The notes under the pieces: model-generated | What the model saw: the letters and a program-made list of their open reading frames with translations, nothing else | The model's database searches: none | What the model was told of the DNA's origin: nothing | Virus record (IMG/VR): IMGVR_UViG_3300030060_004062 | Location: 1-54,473 of that record | DNA length: 54,473 nt | Direction: 5' to 3' (one strand) | Source: a virus | Taxonomy: Duplodnaviria > Caudoviricetes | Position numbers and translations under genes: made by a program | In this document: piece after piece, positions 1-9,938 of the stretch | Position numbering within the stretch: the stretch's first letter is position 1 | Layout: each line of letters opens with the position of its first letter

Positions 1-98
1 GTCCTCCAAGTTTTCGTAACATCCCTCTGTTGAATTTCCTCAATTGGCCTTCCCGGCTCAAAAACTTGGTTGCGCAACGGGAAAGGACGGACACCAGC
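1..98. repeat. Terminal direct repeat, left copy (circular assembly overlap)
   Basis: 1-98 is identical to 54375-54472; the ORF crossing the junction stays in frame. Confidence 0.95.
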
Positions 99-692
99 CA
101 AACCTTCCGCAGTGATTTGCTTGGTAGACTCAGCAGCATGTTGCGTCTCTGTCATGGCAATAAGGTTTACTCGACCAGCCAAACGTGCCTGTAGAATTGC
201 AGCAGCAGCAGCAGCCAAAGAAGCGTTCGTTATTGTATCGCCATCCTCAACCATCTGGTTGCGAGCATCGTTTAGTGCTGATTCCATCTCGCGCTGATTG
301 GTCCGGGTTATTTCCGATGCTTGAACCGGCGCTGTGTCGTCACGCCACGCAAGTAGCGCAAGCTGAATAATTTCATCAGTCGTTTCTTGTTTGACATACC
401 ACCATCGAAGCGATTTCTTGCCATTCTGTAGTGCAACTTCATCACGGAATGACTTTTGGACTCGCTCATAATGACCTTGTAATGTTGCTTCCCAAGTGGA
501 CACATATTTATTGGCTGGTTGTGGTGATCCGGTGGCAGCTACACTAATACGAAAGTCTCCAGCCATACGGCGGAATGCTGATCGAATTTCACGCTGAAAT
601 GTATTTTCTAGCGCAATCTTGCGGCGCAATTCATCGACAGCAACATCAGTGTTTCTCTTTGTTTCCGTGCAATAACCGCAACCACAAGTCAT
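1..692 (-). CDS. Minor head / head morphogenesis protein (Mu gpF / SPP1 gp7-like), N-terminal part; continues at 54374-54194
   Basis: Not in the ORF track. ATG at 692 overlaps the portal stop (ATGA) and reads MTCGCGYCTETKR... open to base 1. Joined across the overlap it gives a 290-aa protein ending KTWRTVGDSRVRQSH...PGDP...INCRC. Confidence 0.85.
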   Translation of the reverse strand, partial: MTCGCGYCTETKRNTDVAVDELRRKIALENTFQREIRSAFRRMAGDFRISVAATGSPQPANKYVSTWEATLQGHYERVQKSFRDEVALQNGKKSLRWWYVKQETTDEIIQLALLAWRDDTAPVQASEITRTNQREMESALNDARNQMVEDGDTITNASLAAAAAAILQARLAGRVNLIAMTETQHAAESTKQITAEGLAGVRPFPLRNQVFEPGRPIEEIQQRDVTKTWR

Positions 693-2023
693 TCGCCAAC
701 CTGCCTACGTAGTTCTTCCTCGGTGAAGTCGTTGTCAGCAAACAAATCTTGACCTACCGGAACCAAAGTTGCTGGCTGGTATAGCGTATCACCACCGTCA
801 ATAGGCTCAAGGTTTGGCTGTTTGGCGCGAAGCTCGTTAATGGTGTAGACGCCAATCTCTTTCATTTTAGAAAGCTCATCAAGTCGTCTTGTCTGCAACG
901 CAGGGATTGACTCTTCGTTATAGGTTAGCGTGAATTTATTTAGATCAACACCGAAACGGGGGAACAAAAGACGCTCTAGACCGTCCATGATCTTCTGGTA
1001 ATTAGGCAAAACAGCTCTATCGTACAGAAGACCTATCGACGTTTGAAGATTATTAAATGTTGACGCATCTTGCGACACAAGAGGCAACGGGACTTTATAG
1101 CGGTTATAGATCGACTGCCTAGCAACTTCGTCAAGATTCGCATAGTCCATATCCTTGTTTGAGAGACCAAGCTCCTTGAAGTCAGCAGTTACCATCTCAC
1201 CATCAACACCAGCAACCATTACCTTACCGGCATTCCCGGAACCAGTAAGCTGCTCATTGATGGACTGACGTGCTTTTTCTAACTGTTCTTGGCTGGTTAT
1301 CCCGTTAAGCATCACAAAAGCAGAAAGACGAGCGCCGTTCTCCAATAGCTTCAGGTTGTGATATTTACCTTGAATCTGTTGACGCGCCTCTAGCGCCGCC
1401 GCCTCAAGAGGGCTATCGCCGAAAGAATTGTCAGTGCGGCTGGAATACCCGCGAATAATGTAAATCTCTTTCATGTCGCCAGAATAATAGCGCCATCCTT
1501 TAGCGTTCTCGTTTAGATGATACGATCCGCGACCAACACCGTTCATTACACGGTATCCGCGAGGGTAAACCTCAGTCGTGCTCAAACCGTTAGAGCTAAC
1601 CTCACGGGGATTTACAGCCCACAACTCCACAGGCTTGCTGTTAACATTACCAGCAGCGAAAACGGTAGCGTTATGAGTCAAAAGCCAATTACGAGCAAGT
1701 TGTCCCAAGAAATCAGTTTGGCTCTCAATTCCGTTTGGGTTCCTAAGCAAGTCAAGCACAGGACTTTCTGAAATAATCTTGCCATCAGAAGACTTGATTA
1801 CTGGGTCAATAAACTCAATCTCATCTGCAATTGCATCTACAGCCGTAGCAACAGAGCTTGCAGAACGATAGAAAACCATTGCCTGACTTGCTTGCAAGCC
1901 AGATCCACCATTGACAATATAATCTAAGAAAGAACCCCGGTCGAATGACCCAACCGGGATTCCTACAGTTTTAGTCTCTGTGACTACTTTTTCTTTTCGT
2001 TTGAAAAAATCAGTGAAGCCCAT
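689..2023 (-). CDS. Portal protein, HK97 family
   Basis: 444 aa; LLRNPNG, G-SPLEAA, YKVPLPLV, TFNN, YTINELR and GGD motifs; lies upstream of the minor head, protease and capsid genes on the circle. Confidence 0.92.
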   Translation of the reverse strand: MGFTDFFKRKEKVVTETKTVGIPVGSFDRGSFLDYIVNGGSGLQASQAMVFYRSASSVATAVDAIADEIEFIDPVIKSSDGKIISESPVLDLLRNPNGIESQTDFLGQLARNWLLTHNATVFAAGNVNSKPVELWAVNPREVSSNGLSTTEVYPRGYRVMNGVGRGSYHLNENAKGWRYYSGDMKEIYIIRGYSSRTDNSFGDSPLEAAALEARQQIQGKYHNLKLLENGARLSAFVMLNGITSQEQLEKARQSINEQLTGSGNAGKVMVAGVDGEMVTADFKELGLSNKDMDYANLDEVARQSIYNRYKVPLPLVSQDASTFNNLQTSIGLLYDRAVLPNYQKIMDGLERLLFPRFGVDLNKFTLTYNEESIPALQTRRLDELSKMKEIGVYTINELRAKQPNLEPIDGGDTLYQPATLVPVGQDLFADNDFTEEELRRQVGE

Positions 2024-2143
2024 TACCGGCCTAAATTTGTTTGTTTGCTATAGCGTCTAGCATTTTCATTTATATTAGACCGTGGGTCAAGGGTTTAGTT
2101 TCACAACAGATCGTTAAGTGAAACGTAGATTGCGGCTTGTTGT

Positions 2144-2383
2144 TTATTCATTCTTAAAATCCTTTGACCAGACAATCTTGATTCTTTCGATGATATCCAC
2201 ACAGAACTCACGCCACAGCGCATTAAGGCAACTCTTCACCGAGTTAAACAAGTCAACTGACAAGAGAAGGACACCAGCGACAAAAAGAATTGGCACCGAA
2301 ACGATGAAAGAAACAGCAACAGCAGGAACAATAGCAGCCCTGCGCAACCAGACGTTCTTGATTTTTCGGATTGGTAGTTTCAT
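2144..2383 (-). CDS. Hypothetical membrane protein
   Basis: Single hydrophobic segment; ATGA-coupled to the upstream gene. Confidence 0.6.
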   Translation of the reverse strand: MKLPIRKIKNVWLRRAAIVPAVAVSFIVSVPILFVAGVLLLSVDLFNSVKSCLNALWREFCVDIIERIKIVWSKDFKNE

Positions 2384-2766
2384 GACCCGATCTCCTCAGT
2401 AATATTCTTCTCGGCCATTGAAATCATCGCCATATCGTATCTACCAAACTTTCGTTGAGAAATAGAGCTATGACAGATGCAGGCAAGAGCGCCACGTAGA
2501 TTTTCAGAGATATCCATTGACAGGATTCCGTCTCTCATTTCATCTGTTACCTCAAGACTAGAAAGAACTCGGCTTTTATCCTGCTTGATAAACTCAATAT
2601 ATTGCAGGGCCTTTCCTAAATCTTGGTCCTTTGTGCCTTTATGATTGCACCGATATACATACTTAAACGCGTTTCCGTGATTGAAATCCATGTGCCGCGT
2701 GTATTCTATGCACTCTACATTCCCAGACGTGTAGTGATTCGGGTTTTTAATAGCGTCTTCTCTCAT
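2380..2766 (-). CDS. DUF3310 family protein
   Basis: NPNHYTSGNVECIE...GNAFKYVYR..HKG...DLGKA.QY signature. Confidence 0.85.
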   Translation of the reverse strand: MREDAIKNPNHYTSGNVECIEYTRHMDFNHGNAFKYVYRCNHKGTKDQDLGKALQYIEFIKQDKSRVLSSLEVTDEMRDGILSMDISENLRGALACICHSSISQRKFGRYDMAMISMAEKNITEEIGS

Positions 2767-3965
2767 TTCAACATCTCCGGTGTGATAGAAATACGACCAA
2801 CCTCGCCAAACTCTTTGTGATAGGTGATTACTGCGGCTTCACGACCAGAAATCCAACCTCCATTAGCCGCATATGCATCACTCGCCGCCATAGTGCGATG
2901 CTGCTCAACAATCATTAGGTTGGTTTCTTTTAGCTCTCGGCTATGAAGGTGTCCAATGTGGGCATAGCTGTATTTAGTGCGGCCAAACACTTCACGGAAT
3001 TTTGCGGTAAACACATGGTCTACATTCGCAACTTTGCGTCGGTGCCCATGGTGGAAGAATAGACTGGTTAGCCCGTGCTCATAGCAATAGTAAGTTCCAG
3101 CATTCGTATCAACCTCAACACGAGGCTCAGTTTCATAAAATGCATGGAAGAACTCACGTAGCCATGACTCGCTTGCTGGATCATGGTTAGCGTCACACAT
3201 TTTAATATGAACGGTCTTGTATTTTACAAGCATCATATCTACTACACGGCGTATTACACGGATAGCAACACGGCAAAGACGCTGGAAACGTGTGTCAGCA
3301 TCAACAATATGCTTGCTTGTTGGTGTTACCGCGTCATAGCCGTCCCAGTGCAGCAGATCGCCGACGTTAGCCAGAATGCCCACCTCAGCATTCGGGGATT
3401 GATTTAGAGCCATTGAAAACCACTTGTAAATCATCTCCTCGGCAAGCTTCATATCCCAATCTTCGCCAGACTCCTCGTGCCAAGCCATCATACCAAGATG
3501 GTAGTCCGTCAAGATGTGGCAATTGGCTAGATTTGAATTTTGTTCGTTAATGTGGTCTTTGATGTAAGGAACGTAAAGAGGAATATCCCCCTTCATCGCC
3601 TCAATGCACTCACGCATCAATTCCAGTTGACGCTCGTGATCAATGCTCGTTTTTTCCCACTTAAGTTTAATGTTCCCCTCGGAGTCACGAAGCACAGACT
3701 GGCCGGTAAATTTAAACCCGTCAGCGGTCGGGGATGTCATGTCATGCTCAGGAGAATAACCTTTTCTTGCCGCAGCATTCTTTAGGCTTTTAATCGCCCC
3801 TCGTACAGTGCTTTCGTTCACCCCCAAGTGCTTTGCTGCTGCATTTGCACTCCCAAACTCAACCACGTTATCAACGTACATTTTTTGTTTATCTGTGGCG
3901 AATTGTTTAAGGCCAATAAGAATATCTTTCTCACGGCCAAATGGCTCTGTTTTTCCTCTGGTCAA
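2763..3965 (-). CDS. Metallophosphoesterase-like protein with N-terminal HTH
   Basis: Motifs TDYH, GDLLH, NHD, HHGH and GHLH; HTH AAAKHLGVNESTVR. Likely TTG start at 3965 after a GGAGAG RBS (ORF track starts at 4028). Confidence 0.75.
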   Translation of the reverse strand: MTRGKTEPFGREKDILIGLKQFATDKQKMYVDNVVEFGSANAAAKHLGVNESTVRGAIKSLKNAAARKGYSPEHDMTSPTADGFKFTGQSVLRDSEGNIKLKWEKTSIDHERQLELMRECIEAMKGDIPLYVPYIKDHINEQNSNLANCHILTDYHLGMMAWHEESGEDWDMKLAEEMIYKWFSMALNQSPNAEVGILANVGDLLHWDGYDAVTPTSKHIVDADTRFQRLCRVAIRVIRRVVDMMLVKYKTVHIKMCDANHDPASESWLREFFHAFYETEPRVEVDTNAGTYYCYEHGLTSLFFHHGHRRKVANVDHVFTAKFREVFGRTKYSYAHIGHLHSRELKETNLMIVEQHRTMAASDAYAANGGWISGREAAVITYHKEFGEVGRISITPEMLK

Positions 3966-3966
3966 A

Positions 3967-4131
3967 TCACTCTCCCTTGAACTTGAATTCGCATTTACCT
4001 GTATCTGGCGCGCAGTCCCAATAAGCAACTCCTGCGTCTATTGATGCATCTTGCACATATTCACCACCTAAAATAAAACCTACTAGAAGGCCAAAGATAA
4101 AGAACAAACACCATCCCATGAAATCAAGCAA
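3967..4131 (-). CDS. Small membrane protein (54 aa)
   Basis: GGAGAG-TTG start; LLDFMGWCLFFIFGLLVGFILGG...; fills the gap between operon genes. Confidence 0.55.
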   Translation of the reverse strand: MLDFMGWCLFFIFGLLVGFILGGEYVQDASIDAGVAYWDCAPDTGKCEFKFKGE

Positions 4132-4140
4132 ATCACTCTC

Positions 4141-4644
4141 CTACAAAACCCAAATCACAGAAACCCAACCAAATACCGCCGCACATCCCAGAAACTCTGC
4201 ATATGAATGCGGACCATCAAGGTATTTGTTTGTCGGAACTTTATATCCATTAGTATAGACGACATTCGCCAGAAGGTAAACGACAAAAAGCGTCAACCCG
4301 CCACCAACCATCATTAGAGACGGAGCAATGAAACCTGCTGGATAAATCATCGTGTCGAACGCAACTGCCACCAAGAAGACAACAGAAGCCGAAACGAGGT
4401 AGCGATTTGGCATTACCTTCCAGGACAAATCAGGTCCGAACTTATGACCCGGAATGAAATACAGAATCATGTACGCCGCAACCACCAAAGTTACCCAAAT
4501 ATCCCCATAAGGCCATGCTGCCAGAACAGCAAACGGAACAGAGAACAAAATAGGAACAAATCTTGGCAGATTGTCACCAATTCCAATTCCACGACGGAAT
4601 ACACCGCCACCCAATGCGCATAGTGCTACGATTAGCCATTCCAT
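4141..4644 (-). CDS. Multi-pass membrane protein
   Basis: Several hydrophobic helices; GGAG RBS. Confidence 0.7.
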   Translation of the reverse strand: MEWLIVALCALGGGVFRRGIGIGDNLPRFVPILFSVPFAVLAAWPYGDIWVTLVVAAYMILYFIPGHKFGPDLSWKVMPNRYLVSASVVFLVAVAFDTMIYPAGFIAPSLMMVGGGLTLFVVYLLANVVYTNGYKVPTNKYLDGPHSYAEFLGCAAVFGWVSVIWVL

Positions 4645-4818
4645 GTTATTTCTCCGTTAGATTTTTGATGTATGAATTCAACTTTGTAACAAGTTCTTCA
4701 TACTGGACAATTTCATCCTGAAACTTCTCAATCTCATCCGCCGCCTGATGGCACATAGATCCATCGTAAACTCCATCAGATGTGTGAACCTTTGTCACTT
4801 TACGCAGAAGTTCGGTTT

Positions 4819-5073
4819 TCATTTCCCCCTAGCCTCCATCATGGCGTCTGCGATTTCATAGGAACGATTAGACATTGTTTGCGGATCATTATTCATTCCG
4901 TAACTTCCGCAATACGAACACATGCCATTCAAAGCCTTCGCCGCGAAATAGTCACGCAACGAAACTCCATCAGATTCTATTTTTCCGCCATCAACAAGCG
5001 CATCAATACGCTCAATGGTTCTGTCAAGGCGTCGGCTTACTCTCTCAAGTCCATCAACTTTACGTTCCATCAC
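4819..5073 (-). CDS. Conserved phage hypothetical protein (LRDYFAAKA family)
   Basis: G.SLRDYFAAKAL...YEIADAMMEAR motif, common in proteobacterial phages. Confidence 0.75.
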   Translation of the reverse strand: MMERKVDGLERVSRRLDRTIERIDALVDGGKIESDGVSLRDYFAAKALNGMCSYCGSYGMNNDPQTMSNRSYEIADAMMEARGK

Positions 5074-5136
5074 TTCCTCATGCTAATCCAAATAAACACC
5101 ACCAGAACGATGGCGCACAGTATTTCTACTAGTTTG

Positions 5137-5331
5137 TTACGCATCACACCAAACACGTTCATATAACATTTCTAGTGTTTTACGTTTGCTTGGCGTATTT
5201 GATGACCATTTACGATCATGGTACAGATAAAAATCAGTTATGCATCTGCCACTGAGATGACATTCTATTGTCTTAATTCCTTTCACGTAAACACCACATT
5301 CGGCTAGCTCGTCAAAGTGATCAACCATCAC
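5137..5331 (-). CDS. Hypothetical protein
   Basis: Coupled ORF in the leftward early operon. Confidence 0.55.
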   Translation of the reverse strand: MMVDHFDELAECGVYVKGIKTIECHLSGRCITDFYLYHDRKWSSNTPSKRKTLEMLYERVWCDA

Positions 5332-5516
5332 TCATCACCAAGCAGCTTGTTTAGGTGGTCGCGGAGTTCAACAACCTGATCTTTTGGCAGATAGTGGACG
5401 CCGACTGAGTTTACAAAAACATCAAGATCGTCATCAATATCAAACCTATTGCCAAACTCCATTGTTTTGGGGATTTCGTATTTATCATCAATAGTTTTCA
5501 TCACACCCTCACTCAA
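5328..5516 (-). CDS. Hypothetical protein
   Basis: Coupled ORF in the leftward early operon. Confidence 0.55.
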   Translation of the reverse strand: MSEGVMKTIDDKYEIPKTMEFGNRFDIDDDLDVFVNSVGVHYLPKDQVVELRDHLNKLLGDE

Positions 5517-5802
5517 TCAGACCACGGGAAAACTTGTTTTCGAGATACTTCTCGATACCTGCAAGCATCTCAGGATTAGGCTCAACCCATTCGGACTCGC
5601 CATTCCAAACCACACTCTCAAGCGACACATAAACATCTTCGATCTTTTCAATGTGTGATTCACGATCATATCCGCAACCATCTGTTACGATTGTAATTCG
5701 TGACTCGCAATCGACACTGATGCAGAGCCATTGCCCGTCCGCATCTTTAACCGGCATCTTGTAAACGCCATCGTAGTGAACTGTTTTGTAATCTTTAGAC
5801 AT
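5509..5802 (-). CDS. Hypothetical protein, first gene of leftward operon
   Basis: AGGAG RBS; directly downstream of the promoter. Confidence 0.7.
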   Translation of the reverse strand: MSKDYKTVHYDGVYKMPVKDADGQWLCISVDCESRITIVTDGCGYDRESHIEKIEDVYVSLESVVWNGESEWVEPNPEMLAGIEKYLENKFSRGLIE

Positions 5803-5824
5803 CTCAATCTCCTTTGTTGATGCC

Positions 5825-5915
5825 CCATATTACCGCACTGACAGATAGCGTCAACTACTTTTTACGTTAATTGTCGTTATTTTATTGTTGACGGTGCGTG
5901 GCGTTGTGTTATGCT
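5825..5915. promoter_or_regulatory. Divergent sigma70-like promoter pair
   Basis: TTGACG...TAATAT on the minus strand and TTGACG (5888)...TATGCT on the plus strand, at a strand switch. Confidence 0.75.
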
Positions 5916-5943
5916 GGGGTATCGGAATTAGGAGAATAGCGTT

Positions 5944-6117
5944 ATGACCTACAATGAAGCAAAGAGGGCGCAGCTACTTGGCACAAGGGTTGTTGTTAGC
6001 AATTACGGTGAAATTGTCCACATCGGCATTATCAGCAAAGTTGTTTTTTGCCGTGGATCGTGGATGGCTATAATCGATGGGTCTGCATTCGATATTGAAT
6101 TAATCGAAGAGTATTGA
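5944..6117 (+). CDS. Hypothetical protein (57 aa)
   Basis: AGGAGA RBS; MTYNEAKRAQLLG...; first gene of the rightward operon. Confidence 0.6.
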   Translation: MTYNEAKRAQLLGTRVVVSNYGEIVHIGIISKVVFCRGSWMAIIDGSAFDIELIEEY

Positions 6118-6167
6118 TTAAGATACCCCTTGTCTTGCCGTCAAGCGCCGTATAATATGAAGCATCA

Positions 6168-6359
6168 ATGGAGGATGTGATGTCAGACGAACAAGGCCTG
6201 AAAGGCTGGCTTGATGAAAACTACATAGTTGGATTTGGCCTATCAGAACCGATAATCGAAAAAGAAGATAGAAAAGTATCTATCGTAGTTCGGCTATACG
6301 GCGGCAGGAAGTCCATTGATGTTGTTGTTGAGGAGAAAAACGATGAAACATCTAACTAA
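6168..6359 (+). CDS. Hypothetical protein
   Basis: GGAGG RBS (start probably 6177 or 6180). Confidence 0.55.
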   Translation: MEDVMSDEQGLKGWLDENYIVGFGLSEPIIEKEDRKVSIVVRLYGGRKSIDVVVEEKNDETSN

Positions 6360-6438
6360 AGAAAACCTGATCTTATTAGTGTCCATGACCGCGCTTATGT
6401 CGGTGATGGTTTCGTTTCCAGATGTGTTTTAGGAGATC

Positions 6439-7269
6439 GTGATGATTAAATTCAAGACAGAACAAGGTGAGTATACTTCCCCGCGTAAGGGGGATTATGT
6501 GTTAGCCGAGAATATGCCCACACAGGACAAGCACGAGGCTGTTGTGGATGCATTTGAGAAATGTGGTTGCGTCCATACCTATTGTGCTGACTGGGGTGGC
6601 GTAGACAGTGATGGGGCAGAGTGGGACCGTGTTCTATTTACTTCCAGTTTGTTGACTGGTCTGCCGTGCGCAACTTGGGCAGTTAATAGCATCAATTGTG
6701 AGCGCCGCATCATTCCGGTATTCGAAGAAAAGAAGCCGCTTATTGAGGCTTTGAAGCCGGGTATGCGGGCTAAGATTAATCCGCATGGGCTTGAGGACAT
6801 GATTGTTGAGCATCGAAACGGCGCTATCATGGTGGTTGATGACAGCAACCCTGATCGGTACGTGTCTAATATCTCTTACCTTACCACCACAGACTACGAA
6901 ATCATCGAAGGAAAGCCGGGTGTTTGGGGGCCTAGTGGAGGAGATTATGGATGGCAGGTTGACTTCATGTTTGAAGCCTTTTCGCTTGAAGGAACAAAGT
7001 TTAAATCAGCACTTCGCACAAAAAAATCAGCCGAACACAAAGCCAAACTGGACCGTGTTTACACCGAGATTTTGAATAGTGATGGGTATGGTGAAGGTGA
7101 TGGTGAATGGGCTATTTACTGGAACCCTCGCTACAATTTGTTTATGGCTGAATGGCGTCACTGCCATCCCATTATGGGTTTCAGTTTCGACACACTCAAA
7201 AACGCCAATGAAGCTGTATGTCGTGCGAATAATATCATTCGTGAGCTGTCAGAAGGGAGCGAACAATGA
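6439..7269 (+). CDS. Hypothetical protein (276 aa)
   Basis: AGGAG RBS; long ORF, coupled to the next gene. Confidence 0.75.
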   Translation: MMIKFKTEQGEYTSPRKGDYVLAENMPTQDKHEAVVDAFEKCGCVHTYCADWGGVDSDGAEWDRVLFTSSLLTGLPCATWAVNSINCERRIIPVFEEKKPLIEALKPGMRAKINPHGLEDMIVEHRNGAIMVVDDSNPDRYVSNISYLTTTDYEIIEGKPGVWGPSGGDYGWQVDFMFEAFSLEGTKFKSALRTKKSAEHKAKLDRVYTEILNSDGYGEGDGEWAIYWNPRYNLFMAEWRHCHPIMGFSFDTLKNANEAVCRANNIIRELSEGSEQ

Positions 7270-7904
7270 GCATTAAGGATGGAGACAAGGTAAAGATCAT
7301 CAAGCAGGGTGTGCATAACAGGAACCTAAGCACGGGTTGTGTTGGTTGGGTAGTTCGTGTTTGCAATGCTATTGTTCTGGTCGAATCAGAAGATAAGAAC
7401 CAACTAGTTTGGTTCAATGTTGAAAATGTTTCCTTGGAGAAAGACGTGAAGAAAACACTTTTTGAGGCTGCTTGCGAGGCGGAGGATGGTACTGAGTGGA
7501 AAATGTCCAATGGTCACGTGTATCAGAAGATGATTGGCAATATTTACCACAAAGACAGCGGTTCAATTGCCTCATACAAAGACCTCATTAAAACCGACTT
7601 CGAGCAGCTTACGTCCGGGCCGAAGAAGAGGGATGTGCAACATGAGGGAAGGGTTCATTACGTTCCAAGTGATATGGTCCCAGAGATTGACAGTGCTTTT
7701 AGCCTTATAAAACGACTTGCAATCTGGGAAGGTGCGCAGATCGGGAAGCCGGGGTATGCGATGGAGATGGTTATGTTTAATGGTCAATCATCTAAGTTTG
7801 AACCGTTTATGCGGAAAAATCCCGCACCAATTACGGTCACATTCAAAACCAAAGAACAATGCGAAGCAGCATGGAAAGCAGAGTGCCCGGAGATGTTCGA
7901 ATGA
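7266..7904 (+). CDS. Hypothetical protein (212 aa)
   Basis: ATGA coupling; SH3/KOW-like N-terminus. Confidence 0.7.
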   Translation: MSIKDGDKVKIIKQGVHNRNLSTGCVGWVVRVCNAIVLVESEDKNQLVWFNVENVSLEKDVKKTLFEAACEAEDGTEWKMSNGHVYQKMIGNIYHKDSGSIASYKDLIKTDFEQLTSGPKKRDVQHEGRVHYVPSDMVPEIDSAFSLIKRLAIWEGAQIGKPGYAMEMVMFNGQSSKFEPFMRKNPAPITVTFKTKEQCEAAWKAECPEMFE

Positions 7905-8086
7905 GCATGGAAAATAAAGCTGTAATTGTTGGTGATGCGCACTGCAAAGATTGTGAATGGCCGGTAATACAGGCTGAATGGTCAGGGTGGAGTGACTATT
8001 GGGGATATTGCTCCAACAAGTCATGCAAGAATCATCATGGCGAACCTTGGGGCCAGTGTGATCCTGAATTTGTGGGGAGAACATGA
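7901..8086 (+). CDS. Small Cys-rich (putative Zn-binding) protein
   Basis: CKDC...YCSNKSCKNHHG; ATGA couplings on both sides. Confidence 0.6.
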   Translation: MSMENKAVIVGDAHCKDCEWPVIQAEWSGWSDYWGYCSNKSCKNHHGEPWGQCDPEFVGRT

Positions 8087-8364
8087 CCGATAGACAGTTT
8101 TACAGAGAATACGGAGTTGTGTTCAATCGTGATTACGGCGACTTTGCTAAAGCTGGCGTTATGTATAAGGTTATGCATAAGCCAGGAATTGGCGATGTTG
8201 CATTGTGTGGGGATGTTGAATTTCCCCTGCTCAAGGTTGACCGTCTTCGCTCGTATGGAAACACCTTATTTTTCGAAAAAAGCGCTGACTTCGATTATGA
8301 GTACGAGATTGGAGTGCGGCGCATAGATTTCACGATTAATTTTACGGCACTTGATGATGAATGA
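8083..8364 (+). CDS. Hypothetical protein
   Basis: GGAGA RBS; coupled. Confidence 0.6.
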   Translation: MTDRQFYREYGVVFNRDYGDFAKAGVMYKVMHKPGIGDVALCGDVEFPLLKVDRLRSYGNTLFFEKSADFDYEYEIGVRRIDFTINFTALDDE

Positions 8365-8517
8365 TCTTGTAACACCACTTCAATCAGCATGGGCAAAAGC
8401 AGAATGTGAGGCCCGTGATGCTGAATGGGAGGATGCAAGTAACGCTAATGCGCTTCGTGTCAAGGCTGACAGGATGAAGGAGCGTCTGGATAATGGTGAA
8501 CTTTATGAGGTGGCGTT

Positions 8518-8700
8518 TTGAATAAGATTGAAAAAATTAGGCAGGCAGTAGCAGATTACATGCGGTCTGAAGGATGTAGTTGCTGTCGAGATACTGAGGC
8601 CCACGAAATCAACGCTGAGAGGCTTGGAAGGCTTCTTGGTGTAGGCCCGTACAAAGACGGAACCGGATATGATTTCAGCCAATACCGTAGCGAAAAATGA
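8518..8700 (+). CDS. Conserved phage hypothetical protein
   Basis: IRQAVADYMRSEGCSCC...YDF motif; GAGGTG RBS. Confidence 0.65.
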   Translation: MNKIEKIRQAVADYMRSEGCSCCRDTEAHEINAERLGRLLGVGPYKDGTGYDFSQYRSEK

Positions 8701-8954
8701 TCACCTACTACGTAAACAACATCCCTAACGCCAAGATCAATGGCGTGTCTATGTATTGTGCTGTCGAATCCGGAAAGCCTGTCTGTTATGGAGGACGGTT
8801 ATATACCGATTCTCATTACGTGATGACAGGTGATTTTAGCTGGGTGCTTGGACTAAATGCAAATGGAAGGCCGGTGTGTCGATTTGAACGCGTGCCGTCT
8901 CCAATTTTAAACGAGCGACACTGGATTACTGAATCATATGAGGCAAAGGATTGA
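8697..8954 (+). CDS. Hypothetical protein
   Basis: ATGA-coupled. Confidence 0.55.
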   Translation: MITYYVNNIPNAKINGVSMYCAVESGKPVCYGGRLYTDSHYVMTGDFSWVLGLNANGRPVCRFERVPSPILNERHWITESYEAKD

Positions 8955-9161
8955 ATGATGAAAGTTCAGGTTTGGTATGATGTAAACAGAGGTTCATCAA
9001 GTGGGTTTGCAACCGTGGAAGAAACTGAAGTTGTTTACTGTAGAACAATGACCTTTGACGAAACCGGAATTCGGTTCTTTGATCGGCCTCCTCATGGTGG
9101 GAAAGATGTGATCAAGGAATTCTTCAAAAAATATAATAGATTTCGGGTCTTGAATTACTAG
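8955..9161 (+). CDS. Hypothetical protein
   Basis: Last gene before a bidirectional terminator. Confidence 0.55.
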   Translation: MMKVQVWYDVNRGSSSGFATVEETEVVYCRTMTFDETGIRFFDRPPHGGKDVIKEFFKKYNRFRVLNY

Positions 9162-9182
9162 CTATTAACAACAGAACAACCA

Positions 9183-9214
9183 AAAGAAGAGGCCGGTTGA
9201 TCCGGCCTTTTTCT
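9183..9214. terminator. Bidirectional intrinsic terminator
   Basis: AGGCCGG-TTGAT-CCGGCCT hairpin with A-rich and T-rich flanks, between convergent genes. Confidence 0.8.
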
Positions 9215-9850
9215 TTATTCGTACAGGGAGCAGAAGTCGTGTATTGATGTGAACCCTGACAATCCCATTAGTGAAGACTGACCAAAACCAACCACCGCAG
9301 GGAACACGGCTGTAGACAGCCCGATCAACTCACCATCATCATCAAACACCGGCCCACCAGATGATCCGGGTCCAATATCAGCATCAAAGACATACAGCTT
9401 TACCTTTTTTGCATCGAACATGCTTGACACCACACCGTCAGAGATGACCCACTCAAGTCGCATAGGGTTACCCATTGCTGTTACGCGCTCACCAAACTCA
9501 GGCTCGCGGCAATCAATCTTTGCTGGGTCGCTATCGACTGGATCATCCATCTTCATCACAGCCCAATCCGACCCTTCGCTTTTCGCCACGACCTTTGCTG
9601 GCCGCTCTGTGCCATCCTTAAACTTTATCGTCTTATCACCGGGAGTATCCGCAACATGACGATTGGTCAAAATTAAACCCGGCGCGATTAACACACCGGA
9701 CCCGTGACCGTTCTTACCCTGAACTTTGACAACCGTAGACATTAGCTCTACATAGTCAGGCGGTTTTTGATATTCATTAGATTTGATTGCACCATAGATA
9801 GCCGTGACAGCCACAGCACATCCTAGCGCGTACTTAGTTAGAGTTTTCAT
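9215..9850 (-). CDS. Trypsin-like (S1/HtrA-type) serine protease with N-terminal signal or anchor
   Basis: GSGV..ILTNRHV (His), DWAV (Asp) and GPGSSGGP (Ser); no PDZ domain. Confidence 0.9.
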   Translation of the reverse strand: MKTLTKYALGCAVAVTAIYGAIKSNEYQKPPDYVELMSTVVKVQGKNGHGSGVLIAPGLILTNRHVADTPGDKTIKFKDGTERPAKVVAKSEGSDWAVMKMDDPVDSDPAKIDCREPEFGERVTAMGNPMRLEWVISDGVVSSMFDAKKVKLYVFDADIGPGSSGGPVFDDDGELIGLSTAVFPAVVGFGQSSLMGLSGFTSIHDFCSLYE

Positions 9851-9908
9851 CTTATTTCTCCAGAAGTAAAACCTCTATAAGTCTACGCCTATTGACGAAA
9901 TGTGCAAG

Positions 9909-9935
9909 GAAAAAGGCACCCCGCTAAGAGTGCCT
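9909..9935 (-). terminator. Intrinsic terminator after tRNA
   Basis: AGGCACTC-TTAGCG-GGGTGCCT followed by a T run. Confidence 0.75.
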
Positions 9936-9938
9936 GAA

